From NCBI RefSeq assembly GCF_009914755.1, contig NC_060925.1: 64,000 nucleotides of DNA, one strand, 5' to 3'. This document shows, one piece after another, positions 25,361 to 39,125 of this stretch (its first letter is position 1; each line of letters opens with the position of its first letter). A program made the position numbers and the translations under genes. The notes beneath the pieces are model-generated. The model saw nothing but the letters and a program-made list of their open reading frames with translations, did not search any database and had not been told where the DNA came from. This stretch comes from the human T2T-CHM13v2.0 reference genome, Homo sapiens.

Positions 25361-28300
25361 TCCAGTAATGGCCATTAAGCTGACCCATAAGGAGACAGCT
25401 CAATCAGCTCTGGGTAAGAAGAAAATAGCAACTGATGAGAGTGAGGGTGCCTGGATTAGAGTGAACTGTATTCCGTTTGGCATTTCCATGGCAGTTCTCA
25501 TGAGATGAATGAGATTGGAGTGGTTCAAATAAAGGTGACAGCTCCCTTCACTTCTTCGTTGACTATTTTATCAGTCCTTCCACATTGCCTCAGTTTCCCC
25601 ACCTCTAACAGTAATCAAACTTGATTTTTCCACTTGGGTTAATAAAATGAAAGTGACAAGTGATGCATGGCAACATTTAATTAATATCTACAACTTATTT
25701 AGAGACTGGGTAAAAACTGCTATATAAGTGAAAAGTGGGTCTTTTTTTTTCAATTAATATTTTTTGCGTGGCACTCATCATTTCTCTAAGCCTGTCAGAT
25801 GTTTTGGCTTTCTCTTGAAATCTGCTGATTCAGGCTTTCTTGGAAAACCAAACAAAAGGAGACACACAGAGATGTAAACACATTTCCCATCCAGCAAATA
25901 AAAGGGTTTAGAGCAAAGAGGTTATCTTTCTTAACCCTGTGAAGACCGCACAAGATGCAATCTCCCCTGACTGGGAATGCTAGACCTTTGTACCCATGTA
26001 AGTGTTTGAGAAGAATCTGGATCAATAATTCATCCTGAAATGCATCTTCTTTCTTGGTACTCCCTGTGCACATCTTTTTAAGAACTCTCCAGTCATGGTA
26101 GTATGTATGTTTAATTGGTTCCAAGATAAGAACTTGCTCACCTTCAAAGCAAGTGGCTTTTAGGAGTGAAGGTCAGATGGGGACCAGAGAGGAGCCTGTT
26201 TTTAGCTACACCTAGATTTTCCCGAATGAAAGGATGGGTGATGGATGAATTTTCTCCCTGGTAGGGCTGTGAAGCTATAGCCTGGCTTGACAAAGAATAA
26301 ATTCAGAATCTGCTTTTCAAGTGGAAAAGGTTAAGTGGCTGAATAATGCCAAGCAAAAGGCTTTGTAATGGGTATGTTAGGCAGGAACATACTTGTACCT
26401 TTCCTGTCTTTTGTCACCATCTCCCAAGCTGATGAAGAAGGCAGTCTGAGTGGGTCCTTCCTTCCTCCCTCTTCAACCTGGAGGGTTTTGAGATAAGGAG
26501 AAGAGACAGTTTAAAATCCAAGCTTTCCAAAAATAGTTTTATAGGTCTCATAGTTACCTTAGGACTTCAGGGTGGTATTTTATATTATGAGTAAAATTTT
26601 ATTACTACATGGACATAAAGAGGGAAATTAACTGGTAGATTGTGGGAAGGAGATATTGGGGAGAGTGAGCAACTGACACATTCATCTTCCCTCCCGCCTG
26701 CCTGAGAAATGTTTTTTGGTTGTGACTATCACTGACTTTTAGCCCAGTCTCTCCCTGTCCTCCATCCCAAGAGGCAAAGCAAGCTCAGTTCTCTGACAGC
26801 TCCCACCACTGCAAATGCACTCAGAACCCCGATCTGCTCTTTCAGTCACAAAGTTTCAATAGAACCAAATATAAAGGCAGTAAAAAGCAGCCACCCTTCA
26901 CAAGCTCTGGGCAAATTTCTGCCTGTGTCACTGCTGGAGGCCTGCAAGGCTTCAGGGTGTCCTGAGCTCTGCTGTATGGCAAGGCTTTTGTAAGGTTGTG
27001 TGTGGGATGAAAGAGCAGGGGATGGCAGGAAAAGGGAGAAAGGTATGAGAATGTATCTCGATATGTAGCTTAATTTTGGCCACAAATGACAGGTCTCAGA
27101 TAAGAAGGAACGATTGTAAGATATCATTGAATATATTTTTCCCCATTGTTCAGATTAGATAACTGAGTCTCACTTTCTCACCTTAATTCTTTCCCTGTAA
27201 GAATTTGCACTATGAAAAGTTTTGCAGTTTTCTCAAAGATTAACCTACAAACAAATATTTATTGAATATGAATTGCTTATGCCAAATTGGGCTGGGTGTT
27301 TTATTATAGAGAAGCATATGGTATGGTACAATCCCTGGAATTCATTCCTACCCTGAAGAAGCTGGTAGTTTTGGGGAATAAGTCTTACGTAAGGTAAATC
27401 AGGACAGTACAAGACAGAATAAGATGGAGAGTCCCATTTTCTCATTTTATTTTAGAGGCTTGAGGAAGGAAAGAGTAAGAATGCTGGCTTTGTTAGGGAA
27501 TACTTGTGGAGAATGGAGGATGGGAAGACACAGCAGTTAATTCCAAACTTACACCCCAGCCTCCTCTGGAGCTACACGCTTCTTGTGGGGTAATTCCTCT
27601 TCATTATTCACCTTCTATATTTTGTCTTCGCTGCCTTCATTTCATAGCTGTGTACCAGACCAGCTTTCAAACACACTTTGATGGTTAGTTGCCAGAAATT
27701 TCAGGCAAGTTACTTCCTCTGGGAAGTTTTTCTCATCTGTAAAGCCAGGGAATTAACTGATCTCTAAGGTGCCTTCCAACTCCAACAGGCTTCAAGTCTC
27801 AAAACCAGAATGGATCAAGAAAAAGATGAGTGACCAGAATAACTCTAGAAAATATATATCTCAGCACTGAATTAGTCCTTTCCTTTTCCTCTTCCTTCTC
27901 CTTTCTCCCATCTTTCTCCCTCCTCTTCCTCTCCAGGGGGTATCAGTGACTTCAAACTTGGCTGGGCTTTGTAAGGTGGAGAGAGGTGTGGCTGAGTCTA
28001 GGGTTACAGAGCTCAACATTAAGGATCACAAGGCCTCTGTCTGAATTTGTTCAGCTCTGTCAGTAACTAGCTACGTTACCCTGGACAAGTGACTTAATGC
28101 CCCCATCTGGACCCTCCATCAGGGTCCCTTATAGAAATGAGGTGACCCTGCATTCTCCATTACTCAAAATCAATATCAGCCCCCTTTTCCACCAAACTGC
28201 AGAAAGTCAAGCTGTCTACCAGGTTCTCTTCTCCAAGGCTCTGTGTGTGTGTGTGTGTTGTGTGCGCGTGTGCACACGCGCATGCACACACGTGGTATGT

Positions 28301-30639
28301 CTCTAGGAATGTTTACATTTTCCACAAATCCATCTTGGTTGATCTTCATCATCTCTACCTCCACCTTGCTCTGGATGGCTGATCATCCTTACCTTCTTGT
28401 AACTATTTTTTTTTTCCAGACTGGTCTCTCTCATGCTGAAACATTGAATGAAACTAAGGTTTAAGGGTAACAGAAGAAAATTGTAACTGGGAATAGAATA
28501 TTTAAAACAGGATACTAGATCACTTAGCTTCTATTATTTCTAAAACAAGACTCTTGTGGCTTGCTCTGTCCCTTTCTTCTCCTCTCTGTCTCCCCCCCTC
28601 GCCCTTATGTTAATGGGGCCATGCACCTCCCTATCACATGAGTCCCTTCATTCATATTCTACGCTGAGGTTTCAAGGGGGAAACAAATTGACCACCCCAT
28701 GACCCCCAAGGAAACATAGTAGTAGTTTCCGGAAATACAGTAAAGGCAGAGTTTGACATTATTTTGTAAAACAGGTTAAAATTTCTTTGTGACAAGCATC
28801 TCCCCATTGGCTTTTTCCCTATGCAGTAGAACTAAAAGTTTAATACGGTATCTACTCCCTATCAACAAGGATCTCTCAGCCCCAAATATGAATATGTAAA
28901 TATCTAATTTTATGTAATATGAATAATTCCTTACAGCTTTGAAATATTAATTTCCTCTGCTTCTGACCATCAATCAATCAAAATATCAGGGTCCTTTCAC
29001 AGGGCACCCCTTCATTTCATAGCTGTGTACCATCTTCAAGGGTTCTTTCCAGCTCTGACAGCCTACAAACTCTTGGCTTCTGTGAGGTTGTCCACTCGGA
29101 AGAGTCTCTCCTTTAGTCTCTTTTGAGGCGAGCTTCTTTTCCTAGGGTGTGTAGAAAAGTAACAGAGGATGCTTGCTGGTGAAACGCTACTGGTTACTCT
29201 GCCCAGGGTCAGCCTATATGGGATGCAAATATCCCAGCTGCCACTGGTGACCATCCATTCGTGGTCATGGAGGTGGGGTAGTCATTCAGAGGTCTTGGGT
29301 GCCATATTCCCCATCAGTTGCCTGCTTTCATTTTCTTCACATTTTTACCTATTCTGGGAGCAGTCAATCTTAGCTGTATTTGCAGCTCCAGCAGGGAGCC
29401 CATTTCCATTGAAGAGAGGACTCCTTTAATAAATCTAGCTCATTTGTGCAGGAGTAGTGCAGCCATTGATTAGAGGGCTGATTGGAGCTGTGACTTTCCT
29501 TAGGAAGAAAATTAAGAAAACAGATTAAAGCAAATGATGGGCGGCTTTGTCTTCTGGAGAAGGGGGTGGGGAGTGAGGCTTCCTATATTCTGTGTCTCAC
29601 CTATGCTAATGCAAGGTTTGAAACATTCTGCAAGATGAATTAACTCCTTCAGGTCACCGTAGGGCTCTCCTATATGGCAGAGGATCACAGAATCTCTTAG
29701 CTCAAACGGACCTGGGTGGTCATTTGGCTCAAGTCCTTTATTTTATAGATGAGAAAACTGGCTCAAAGAAAGATACTGACAGGACTGTGGCCATGCAGGC
29801 CTTCTGCATGACCTCTAGGCTACAGCAAGTCACTGTTGCTGATGCAGGAACATCTAAAATAAAGTCAGATTGGGTCTAAAGGAAAATTTTTGAATGGTGG
29901 CTCCTCTATATGGGACAACAACTCTCTTGAAAACTGCTATTGCCCACTTCCATATGGATTACAGCACCAGGGAACGGAGAAGAGTCAGTGAGTGGGTCAG
30001 TGAGTCAGTGAGGCGGGAAATCCTCACGAGCTGTGGGCTACACTTCTAACCTGGTGCCACCTTCACTTCCTTTCTTAAACTTTCTCTTTGTACTCTTCAT
30101 TCTGCCCTCTCTGTGGTCCTCATTCACCCTCTCACTTGTTCATTCTCTTTTGGCATTCATTATTAGAGTACCTAATGACTTTTCAAAGCGTTTTGTGGAC
30201 ACATGGGAGGCACCTAGCCTCAGCGAGCTCTACAGTTGCTCTGCAGTTGTCATTTGGTTATAGCAGATCTAACTATCAAGTAAAGAAATAAGGGAAAAAT
30301 AAATGTTAAATGTGTAGTCATGATCCATTGTAAGCTTTTAAAGGAAAGGGGCTATATTGCATTTGACTCAGTATTCCCTGAGTCTGGTAGCCTTTGGCTA
30401 CCAAATACCTCTAGGTACTCAGAGGACATTTGTTGAATGAGGGAATGAATGAATGAATGAAATGTATAGATATGAGTATGGTCATTTAAAGTTATCTCCT
30501 TCTAAACTCTACAATAAGGAGACATGTTATTATTCTTGTCCCTATTGATCAATGACTTTTAAGTTCCTGTATAGAAACTGCCTTCAGATTTAAATTACTA
30601 GTCTTTCCACATCTTTTGCAAGAAAAATTTTTAAAGTTG

Positions 30640-30860
30640 CCGTTTAAAATTTATGGCCCAGAGAACTGTTTTACAGACATTATCTTTTTATCATAAAAAT
30701 CCTGTAAAGAAATTGTTATCATCCCCATTTTGTAGATGAGGAAATAGAGACTGAGAGAGGTTATAGACTTACCTAAAATCTCAGGACCAGTAATTGGCTG
30801 AGCAGAGAATCAATCAAGATCTTCTGACTTAGAATCTTGAGCCCTTTTTAGTATGCTGCC
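30640..30860 (-). mobile_element. MIR
   Basis: atcatccccattttgtagatgaggaaatagagactgagagaggtta...gacttacctaa. Confidence 0.8.
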
Positions 30861-32085
30861 CCCTGCCTCCCCATACTCAAAACCAATGTCCCAGGCTTGT
30901 TTCCCATCTCTATTTCCCATGGTTCTGAAAAACTTTTGGCTGTTATTAAAGATCAACTCAATCTACACACATAAAGTGAAGATTTCCTATCCTTGCAATT
31001 ACAATAAATTTGTTAGAGCCCCTAATATCATCCTCAAGGATGAGTTAACTCTAAGAATAATGGCAGCTCTATTGTTGTAAAAAGTAACTTCCCAACCATG
31101 TGTATTATTTTTCATAGATATGAATGTACAATCGGTTGTGTGCACACACACACCTGTGTGTGTGTTCTCTTTGATTAGTGAGAAACTGTCAGAAGGCCAA
31201 GAATAGGGACATAAATGTAACATATTTGAGATCTTTATTTTTTATTAACCCATTTATTCCTCACATCACTGCAAATTAGTCAACTAAGATCCAGAGAGGT
31301 TAGGAAAGAACCCAGATACCTTGTCTCCTGGCCCACTGTTCTCTGCCCTATGAGGTACCTCATACATAACAATCCAGCCTTTATTTCTGCTGGAGGGTCA
31401 GCAGAGAGAGAAAAGGAAGGAGGAAATCTCCAATACCACTCTTTGCATGTGTTGGAGTTACACAGTACTCCTCAGTTTGGCCAGGATGCCTGAGTTCTAT
31501 TTGCCATCTGCTAATTATGCGCATGCTGGCACCGAGCCTGTGTGTATGTGTGACAGAGGAGTGAGAGGGAACAAGTTATCCTGATTCTGTTTATATTGGA
31601 TAAAAGCTTCGATGCTTGAGAGTAATCTGTATCTCAGCTCTATTTACTTTGCAAATAGAATAAAAGTCTTACCGCTTGTGCTTAAGAGAGATGGGGCTGG
31701 GGGAGGGAAAGGGGCTGGGAAAGTAGAGGTACAGATGGGTTTTAGTGTGTTATAGGCAGAAAGGTGCTGGCCCATGAGCCCTGAGGTCCAGCCCTGCTTC
31801 TGTCACTGCGTATGTGTGACCTTGTGCAAACCCCTTTCCCTCTCTGGGCTATAGTTTCACTGTCTGTAAAATTTTGGACTAGAACCAGGAATCCCATATT
31901 GGCAGTCCTGCTCTTGAAATTTGGCCTAAGGACTTTTTTTTTTTTAATTATTAGCAAAGTGTTTTAAAAAGTATTTTTAAAAGTATTTAAAAAAATAACT
32001 TTAGGCTGCTGTCACACTCTACAATCCACAGGCCCCACTTCACTTTGCTGAATTTTTACATAGATGTTACCTGCCCACTTATAAA

Positions 32086-32597
32086 ATAGTCTCCCCTTAT
32101 TTGATTTAAGGTTTGTTTTCCACAGTTTCTGTTACTCAAGATCAACTACAGTCCAAAAGTATTACATGCAAAATTCCAGAAATAAACAATTCATAAGTTT
32201 CAAATTGGCACCATACTGAGTAGTGTGATGAATTCTCTCCTTGTCCTGCTCCAAGGTTGGGGATCATTCCTTTGTCCAGCATATCCACCTGTACACACTC
32301 CTCGCCCGTTAGTCACTTAGTGCCCTCTGGGTTATCAGATTGATTGTCATGGTATCACAGTGCTTGTGTTCAGGTGGCTCTTATTTTATTTAATAATGGT
32401 CTCAAAGTGCAAGAGTAGTGATGCTGGCAATTTGGATATGCCAATGAAAAGCCTTAACGTGCTTCTTTTAAGTGAAAAGGTGAAAGTTCTCGACTTGATG
32501 AGGAAAGAAAAAATAAATCATGTGCTGAGGTTGCTAAGGTCTATGGTAAGAACAAATCTATCCATGAAATTGTGAAGAAGGAAAAATAAATTTATGC
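32086..32597 (+). mobile_element. MER44/Tigger7 (TcMar-Tigger), 5' part
   Basis: aaaattccagaaataaacaattcataagttt...gcaagagtagtgatgctggcaatttggatatgcca; the ORF at 32360-32575 (KCKSSDAGNLDMP..LLSEKVKVLDL) is the decayed transposase N-terminus. Confidence 0.93.
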
Positions 32598-32699
32598 GTA
32601 GTACATACAGCTGGACTAGTTTCTCTAGAAGTGCTCTAATGTTATAAACGAGCCTAAGCTTGTTTGTTTTTAATAGAATCTTGATCAACGTATGTGCAA

Positions 32700-32940
32700 G
32701 GGGGAGCGTGACATTGTGATTAAGTATCAGGGCTCCAAAGTTGGTCTGTCCAAGTTTGAATCCTTGCTCTGCCACTTACTACCACATTACTAATCTGCTG
32801 TGTGCCTCCATCTCCTCATCTGCACAATGGACACACTCCTGGGAGGATTAAATGAATCAGTGTCTCTAAAGAGCTCAGAACACGGCCAGGCACATCTTAA
32901 ATGGACAGTATTGTTAGCTGTCACTGTGACTATTATTAGA
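32700..32940 (+). mobile_element. MIR lying inside the split MER44
   Basis: gtttgaatccttgctctgccacttacta...tcctcatctgcacaatgg...gggaggattaaatga. Confidence 0.85.
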
Positions 32941-33562
32941 GATTGCAATGGAATATTTACACAATCTTGTCTTGAGTAGCAAATGATCTTAGGATGTTTG
33001 AGGGCCTGATATTGTGAAATGTGTTCATTATAAAACACAAGGGCCAGGCTTAGAGGACCATTTGAGAAAGGCTCTCTACACTAGTTATGCAAATAAATAT
33101 CTAAAACCAATTGGTCTCCATAATTCTTTTTATCTACACATTTTCATTTGCCAGCGTCTCATTCGGTCGCTAAGAAATTTGGAAAGGCAGTGCTAGGTCT
33201 GTTGGCTGACTTCATGAGATCCATTCCCCATTTCCACAAGGAGCTGGCACCTCCATTTCTCCCGGGCCGCAGGTGTTGGTTTTGTCTTCCTGGTTGGCCT
33301 GGCCTGGTGTGAATGGGTGGAACTTGGCTCTGACTTCTTCTAAGAACACAGTGTCACTTCTCATTAAAGCAGCAGGTGGGGGAAGAATACTTAAACAGAA
33401 AAGACATCAAAAATAGCAAGTAGTTCCCTGTTCATTTTTCATGTGGCATGAAATAAAAGTAGATAAGATTAGGAAATGAAGGCGAAAATGATGTGTGGGA
33501 GCTCTCTCTGCATGTCGTTGCATCCCTCTCCAAGTTGCAATAATAAGCATGTTTATTTGAGT

Positions 33563-33678
33563 AAAGTTCTCGACTTGATGAGGAAAGAAAAAAACATCAT
33601 GTACTGAGGTTGCTAAGGTCTATTGTAAGAACAAATCTATCCATGAAATTGTGAAGAAGGAAAAATAAATTTGTGCAT

Positions 33679-33747
<69 letters not shown>

Positions 33748-33826
33748 TTTGGTACTATCTGTGGTTTTGGGCATCCACTGCGGGGGGCGGGGTCTTAGAA
33801 TCTATCCCCAGCAGATAAGCAGGGAT
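33563..33826 (+). mobile_element. MER44/Tigger7, duplicated middle plus 3' part, containing (AT)31
   Basis: Repeats 32483-32597, then (AT)n at 33682-33744, then ggtactatctgtggttttgggcatccactg...tatccccagcagataag (MER44 3' end). Confidence 0.9.
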
Positions 33827-34557
33827 AGATCACATTCGTTAATTCTAAGCTTCAGACTCCTACCTGATATTTTTATAACCTGGTTAATATGGCCAGACAT
33901 AGTAATATGTGTAGAATCAGATAAGCGGGTAAAGATTCTGGGGATACGTGCCTAAGGTCCCTCATCCCCTAAAGGACAACACCAAGGGAATACTGGCCTT
34001 TTGTGAAGATAGAAAACAAAAACAAGGGGGTGAAGACATGAGTCTACCATTAGTAGAAATTCTCCTTTGACACCTTTGGTCTTTAAGCAGAGGGAGCTGA
34101 CAGGGAGAGTCCTGGGCACAATGACAGGTAAAAAAAGTAATTACCCTTACAGAAAAGAGCCGTAGTCCTCAAGAAAAGGAAAAGAGAAAAGGGAAGGAAG
34201 AAAAGGAGGCGGGAACTCCCAGGTTGCTAACTGCAGCTTTCAGCCCATATGACCCTCAGCTCACCAAGCTGGCTCTTCTATTTTGTGTTCCTCTCAGGAA
34301 AGTCTACAGGCCACCTGTCCTCTGATCTAATTCCAGAGTTAGGAGCTCGATGAAGTGCATGGAACAATGGCTTGCTCTACAGGGGTCTGTGTCCCCTGGG
34401 TTTTTGAAGGTTGTGAAACCGGTGTTGCTTCTCTGTGATTAACTCTGCTGAGTGTCTTGTGCTTTGCAATCTATAGGTAATCAATAGTGTGTGTGTTTAT
34501 GTGTGAAGGTGAGAGGAGCCTCCATGCTCCTTGTCTTGTGTTTCCATGTAGAGGCAC

Positions 34558-34750
34558 TTCTGTTTCTCAAGGGTTGTTATTGACATTTGGGGTGGAACCA
34601 TTCTTTGTCATATGGCACAGTCCTTCATATTGCAGGATGGTTAGCCTTCCTTGGTCTTGCCCACTAAATGCTGGCTGCACTCTGCTCCACTGCATTTTCG
34701 AATGCCCACCCTGGGGAAATTTAGTAATAATAGAAAAAATTCAAAAGCAC
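34558..34750 (-). mobile_element. MER20-family element
   Basis: tttctcaa...tattgacatttgggg...attctttgtc...cccactaaatgc. Confidence 0.65.
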
Positions 34751-37223
34751 TAAGAGAGTAGCACTGTCTCCATCTCTCCATCTTTCCTCCCCAGGGGAGA
34801 AGCAGTAATTTCTCTCATTAGTGAATTTGGGTGAATGCTGAGCTCAGCCTTTTCTCTCTCACTTTTGAACCTGCCTGCTTCTAGAGATAACACATTTTTT
34901 CCTGCTTTCCACTGAGTGGGAAGCTTCATGAGAAGCCAGAGGTTGACCTGCATAGTCTCTTACTAGGTCCATAAGATGTATAGTTCACGGACGAAGTGTT
35001 ATCAAACCATTTGGGGGGAAGGCCTAATATGCTGTGGAGCATATCACAGATGAAGCTAATATTTCGATCTCTATCTCTCTGTGTTCTGAGTCTTCTTTCT
35101 CCTGGACTTGAGAGGAGAAGCAAGGGGTGTTACTTCCTGAGCACCTGGCCCCTCAGTGACTGTACATCTGATGGTGGCCAGGATGTCCTTTCCAGATTTT
35201 CTGCCTTAGTCTGTTTTTATCACCTGTCTCATAGAAGAATGTCCAGGAGGATACCTGTTAATGGAAAGGAACAATTCACTGCCCTTGTCCCAGCTGTACT
35301 GAGGAGGGAATCCTTAAAGGAGATGTCAGGACAGTTTAGTGATGGGCACAAGAGATTCAGGCTGGGCTTGACCTCTCTACCACACAGACATGGGCACTCT
35401 GCTCTTTTCTGCAGATTCTCCAGGAGCATGAAGAATAGCAGTGGTTTTGTCAGGTTAAAGATTCATTTCTGAACTCTGAAGGTGAACTCATGAGTAGGCT
35501 CATTTCATCCAACAGAGAACACAGTCCTGATGGAATAAAAGCTATCTTGCTTTCCTCCTTTCCAAAGGAGGAAAGCAAGCCTCCTCTGGGGTCCTCTGTG
35601 AGTGTCCCTGCTTAGGGCATAGTACAGGTCACACCACTCTGCTCACAGGGGTGGAGTTGGGTGGAGCAGGGAGGGGTCAGTGGGGCTGGAGAGGTAGTGG
35701 GTGTTTCCCCTGACACACCCGGAGACAAGGCGCTGGCCTTTTGTACCTCTGGAGAGGGTGGGAGAGGGTGGCCTCAGAGTCAAGGAGGCTCCTGCTTCAA
35801 CACAGGCAATTCTGCAAAGAAGGGAGCTGTGGGTTGATGATGTCAGGCAAATGCTCTGCAGTAGGGATGGCTGCATCTACACTCAAAGGAATCTAGTCAC
35901 GCACAAATAGCATCCACTCAATGGGGACCGCAACAGTATTCACAGGAATGGCTCAGACCAGAGTGTGTCTTTTTACATCAGGCAGCTCCAAGAAGAGGGC
36001 CAAAGGGGTCCTTTTGTGGGGCTGTAAACTGGATATAGCCATGACTCTTATCAAGAGCTGCCAGGCATTCATGCCTGGACCACAAATGCACCTATAACCC
36101 ATCAATGCCTCCAAATTGTGTCTCTAAAGACCTCTCTCACATTTGTCAAACACAGCACTTGCTCCTAAACTCAAATCATGATGGTTACAAGTAAATTTGG
36201 TTGTCTTGTTTATAACTTGAAGCCCACAGGCTTTATCCAGGACAGAAAGGATCTGGGTGACTCCCAGGAGAAACATCTTGAAAGCTAGCATTCGCTTAGA
36301 GGATGCAGACTCCAAGAAGGAGATCTTCCCTGGCATCCTCACTAATATGAACAGACCCCTCTTGTATGTTCACCTAATCAGTGTAGATGCAGGCCTAAGT
36401 GGCGTGAGAAAACCAAGAAATTATGTCTGCTTGTGGTAGATCCATGACACTCCTTAGATGTCCTCTTGATTGGCAACTTGATTAGATTCAGTGAGTGACC
36501 CAGGTCCTCTGTGATCAATGATATCTCCCATGAGGATCCCATTCCAGTTGTATCTTCCTCCAATTCCCTTGTACATTTTTTTAAAAAAAGATAAGTAATG
36601 GTAATGGTATTTGAACAAGAAGTTGCAGTTCACTATTCATTTTTTCAAGCAGTATGCTCATTACCTCATTTGGCTCCCTTCTCTTTCAGCGTCCTGGGGC
36701 TCCCAAAGCTCTTTTGTTGTTTGCAGTCTACCTCCCACAGCTGTGCTTCCCGCCCATCCATGCGCTGCCTATCACAAACCATGCCTTGTACATCGTTCCT
36801 ACTTATCCTATCAAACCTGGTCTGTCTCGTGTCCCATCTCCTTAGGGTCCTACTTTTTGTTAATGTGATGATATGTGACAATGTATTTGCATTTGAGCAA
36901 GACCAGCTCCTAAATAAAATGCCCCTTTAGCCCCATGCTTAGGACTTTTGCCTTGGTTAACATTCTGTGAAATGTGACTGTGGAAAAGAGATATGCAAAT
37001 GTAGTTGCTCTGTAAATGTAAATAGAATAAACATACATATAAACATAAATTTACATGGGGCAAATCACTGCTTAAGAAAGAAAAGGGGGAAACAAGTCTT
37101 TTTTTCTGGTAAAGGGTAGGAGATAGAAATAGAACCCACTGTCCAGATGGAGACGCCTGATGGGAGAACCTACATGAGAATAGGAAAAGGAAAATAAACA
37201 GAAGACTGAGAAATGGAATGTGA

Positions 37224-37718
<495 letters not shown>

Positions 37719-38677
37719 TATCTTATATATTAAGGGGATTCTAATGACCACTTAATGGGTTATTAGGCAATTGGATGAAATGACATATGTGAAATGCTTA
37801 TAGCAGTGGCTGACACTTAAGGGACTAAATACGGTAATACTATTTCGTTCCTCCCTTTCTCCCCCATTAAGTTCAAGAGGCACAATGACCTTGGTAAAGT
37901 TGATGTTGGTTAAAAAAAGAGAGAGAAAGAGGGTTATAGAAATCTAGTTAAAGAAATGCTAGATGTGAGAACTAAACAGAAAACCTGGTCAATCCATAAT
38001 ATCAGAGTGTTGAGAATAAAATAACTTCTGTCTGAAATTTGGAGTCATCTTGGAAATCACCATTAAGGTATTGTACCTTAGGAACAGAGCTTAGGTAGAC
38101 TAAGAAGGAATAGGGTAGGGCTAGGATCAGAGAAAAGTCAACTGGGAAAGCTGGTGCCTGAGGCTGAGAAAGGTGGAATACTCCAGATGAGGTGCATGAG
38201 TGTTGGAATCAGGCCAAGTTTGTTTTAATGGTGTCAGTGCTTAGCTGCTGTATGGCTTCAGACACAGTGCCTAATACAGGTATCAATTTGCTCATCTGCA
38301 AAATGGGGGACAGCTAAAGTTCTTATCTCATAGCACTGATGTCAAGGATAAAAAGATAATATACACCATTTTCATAATTCACTGCCTGGCATATTTTAAA
38401 TTATATAACTATTAGCCAGTGTTATAATTTGCAGTATCCATGGGCATGGTGAGTCCTGTGCATCTCTTCCCTCAGCTGCATTGTCACGTCTGAGAATAAT
38501 CCATCACTTCAACCTGCTGGGTGAGTGCAGGGCCTGCTAAAGAATCATCAAAGAGAAGGAATTCCAGACATGAGGGTCTGGAGTGAAAAAGAAAGGGAAT
38601 CAGAAAACACGATGATGGAAATGGAGATACATAGTGAATTCTATTGTGGACAGCCAATGTCTGTCTACTCATCTATG

Positions 38678-39125
38678 CATGCATTGATTCAACAAATATG
38701 GTTGCATATATATTATGTGCAAGGTGCTGGAGATGAAGCAAAGAATAAGAGAGTTGTGATTTTGAGAGAAAAAGAAGCAGTAAAATTTTGATCAGGGCCA
38801 TAAAGGGCATGAGGGAAAAATCAGGGTGATATGAAAGTAAAAGATGAGGAAACTCTTTCTGCAGAAATGACAGGTAAGCAGAGACCTGAAGGATAAGTAG
38901 GAGAAAGCCAGGCAAAGTTTGGAGCAAGTGGAAACAGCACATGCGAGAGCTCTGGGGCAGGAAAGACCTTGGGATCATTGGAGGGACTGAATTAAGACTG
39001 ACTTGCCTGGAGCAGAGTGAGGGAGAGAGGGAGATGAGAATACAGCTGGTGATGCGGACCCAGGCAGATCACATCAGGTCATGCAGACAATGTTAAAGAT
39101 TTAGTATTTATTCCAAAGAATTGTA
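38678..39125 (-). mobile_element. L2 fragment
   Basis: attcaacaaatat...gcagagacctgaaggataagtaggag...ctggagcagagtgaggg. Confidence 0.8.

Noticed and set aside
31693-31720. G-quadruplex motifs (also ~1900, 9327, 35648)
   Set aside because: Common in the human genome; nothing distinguishes these.
32360-32575. Transposase-like peptide
   Set aside because: Decayed N-terminal fragment in a non-autonomous MER44; it diverges into a stop and has no catalytic domain.
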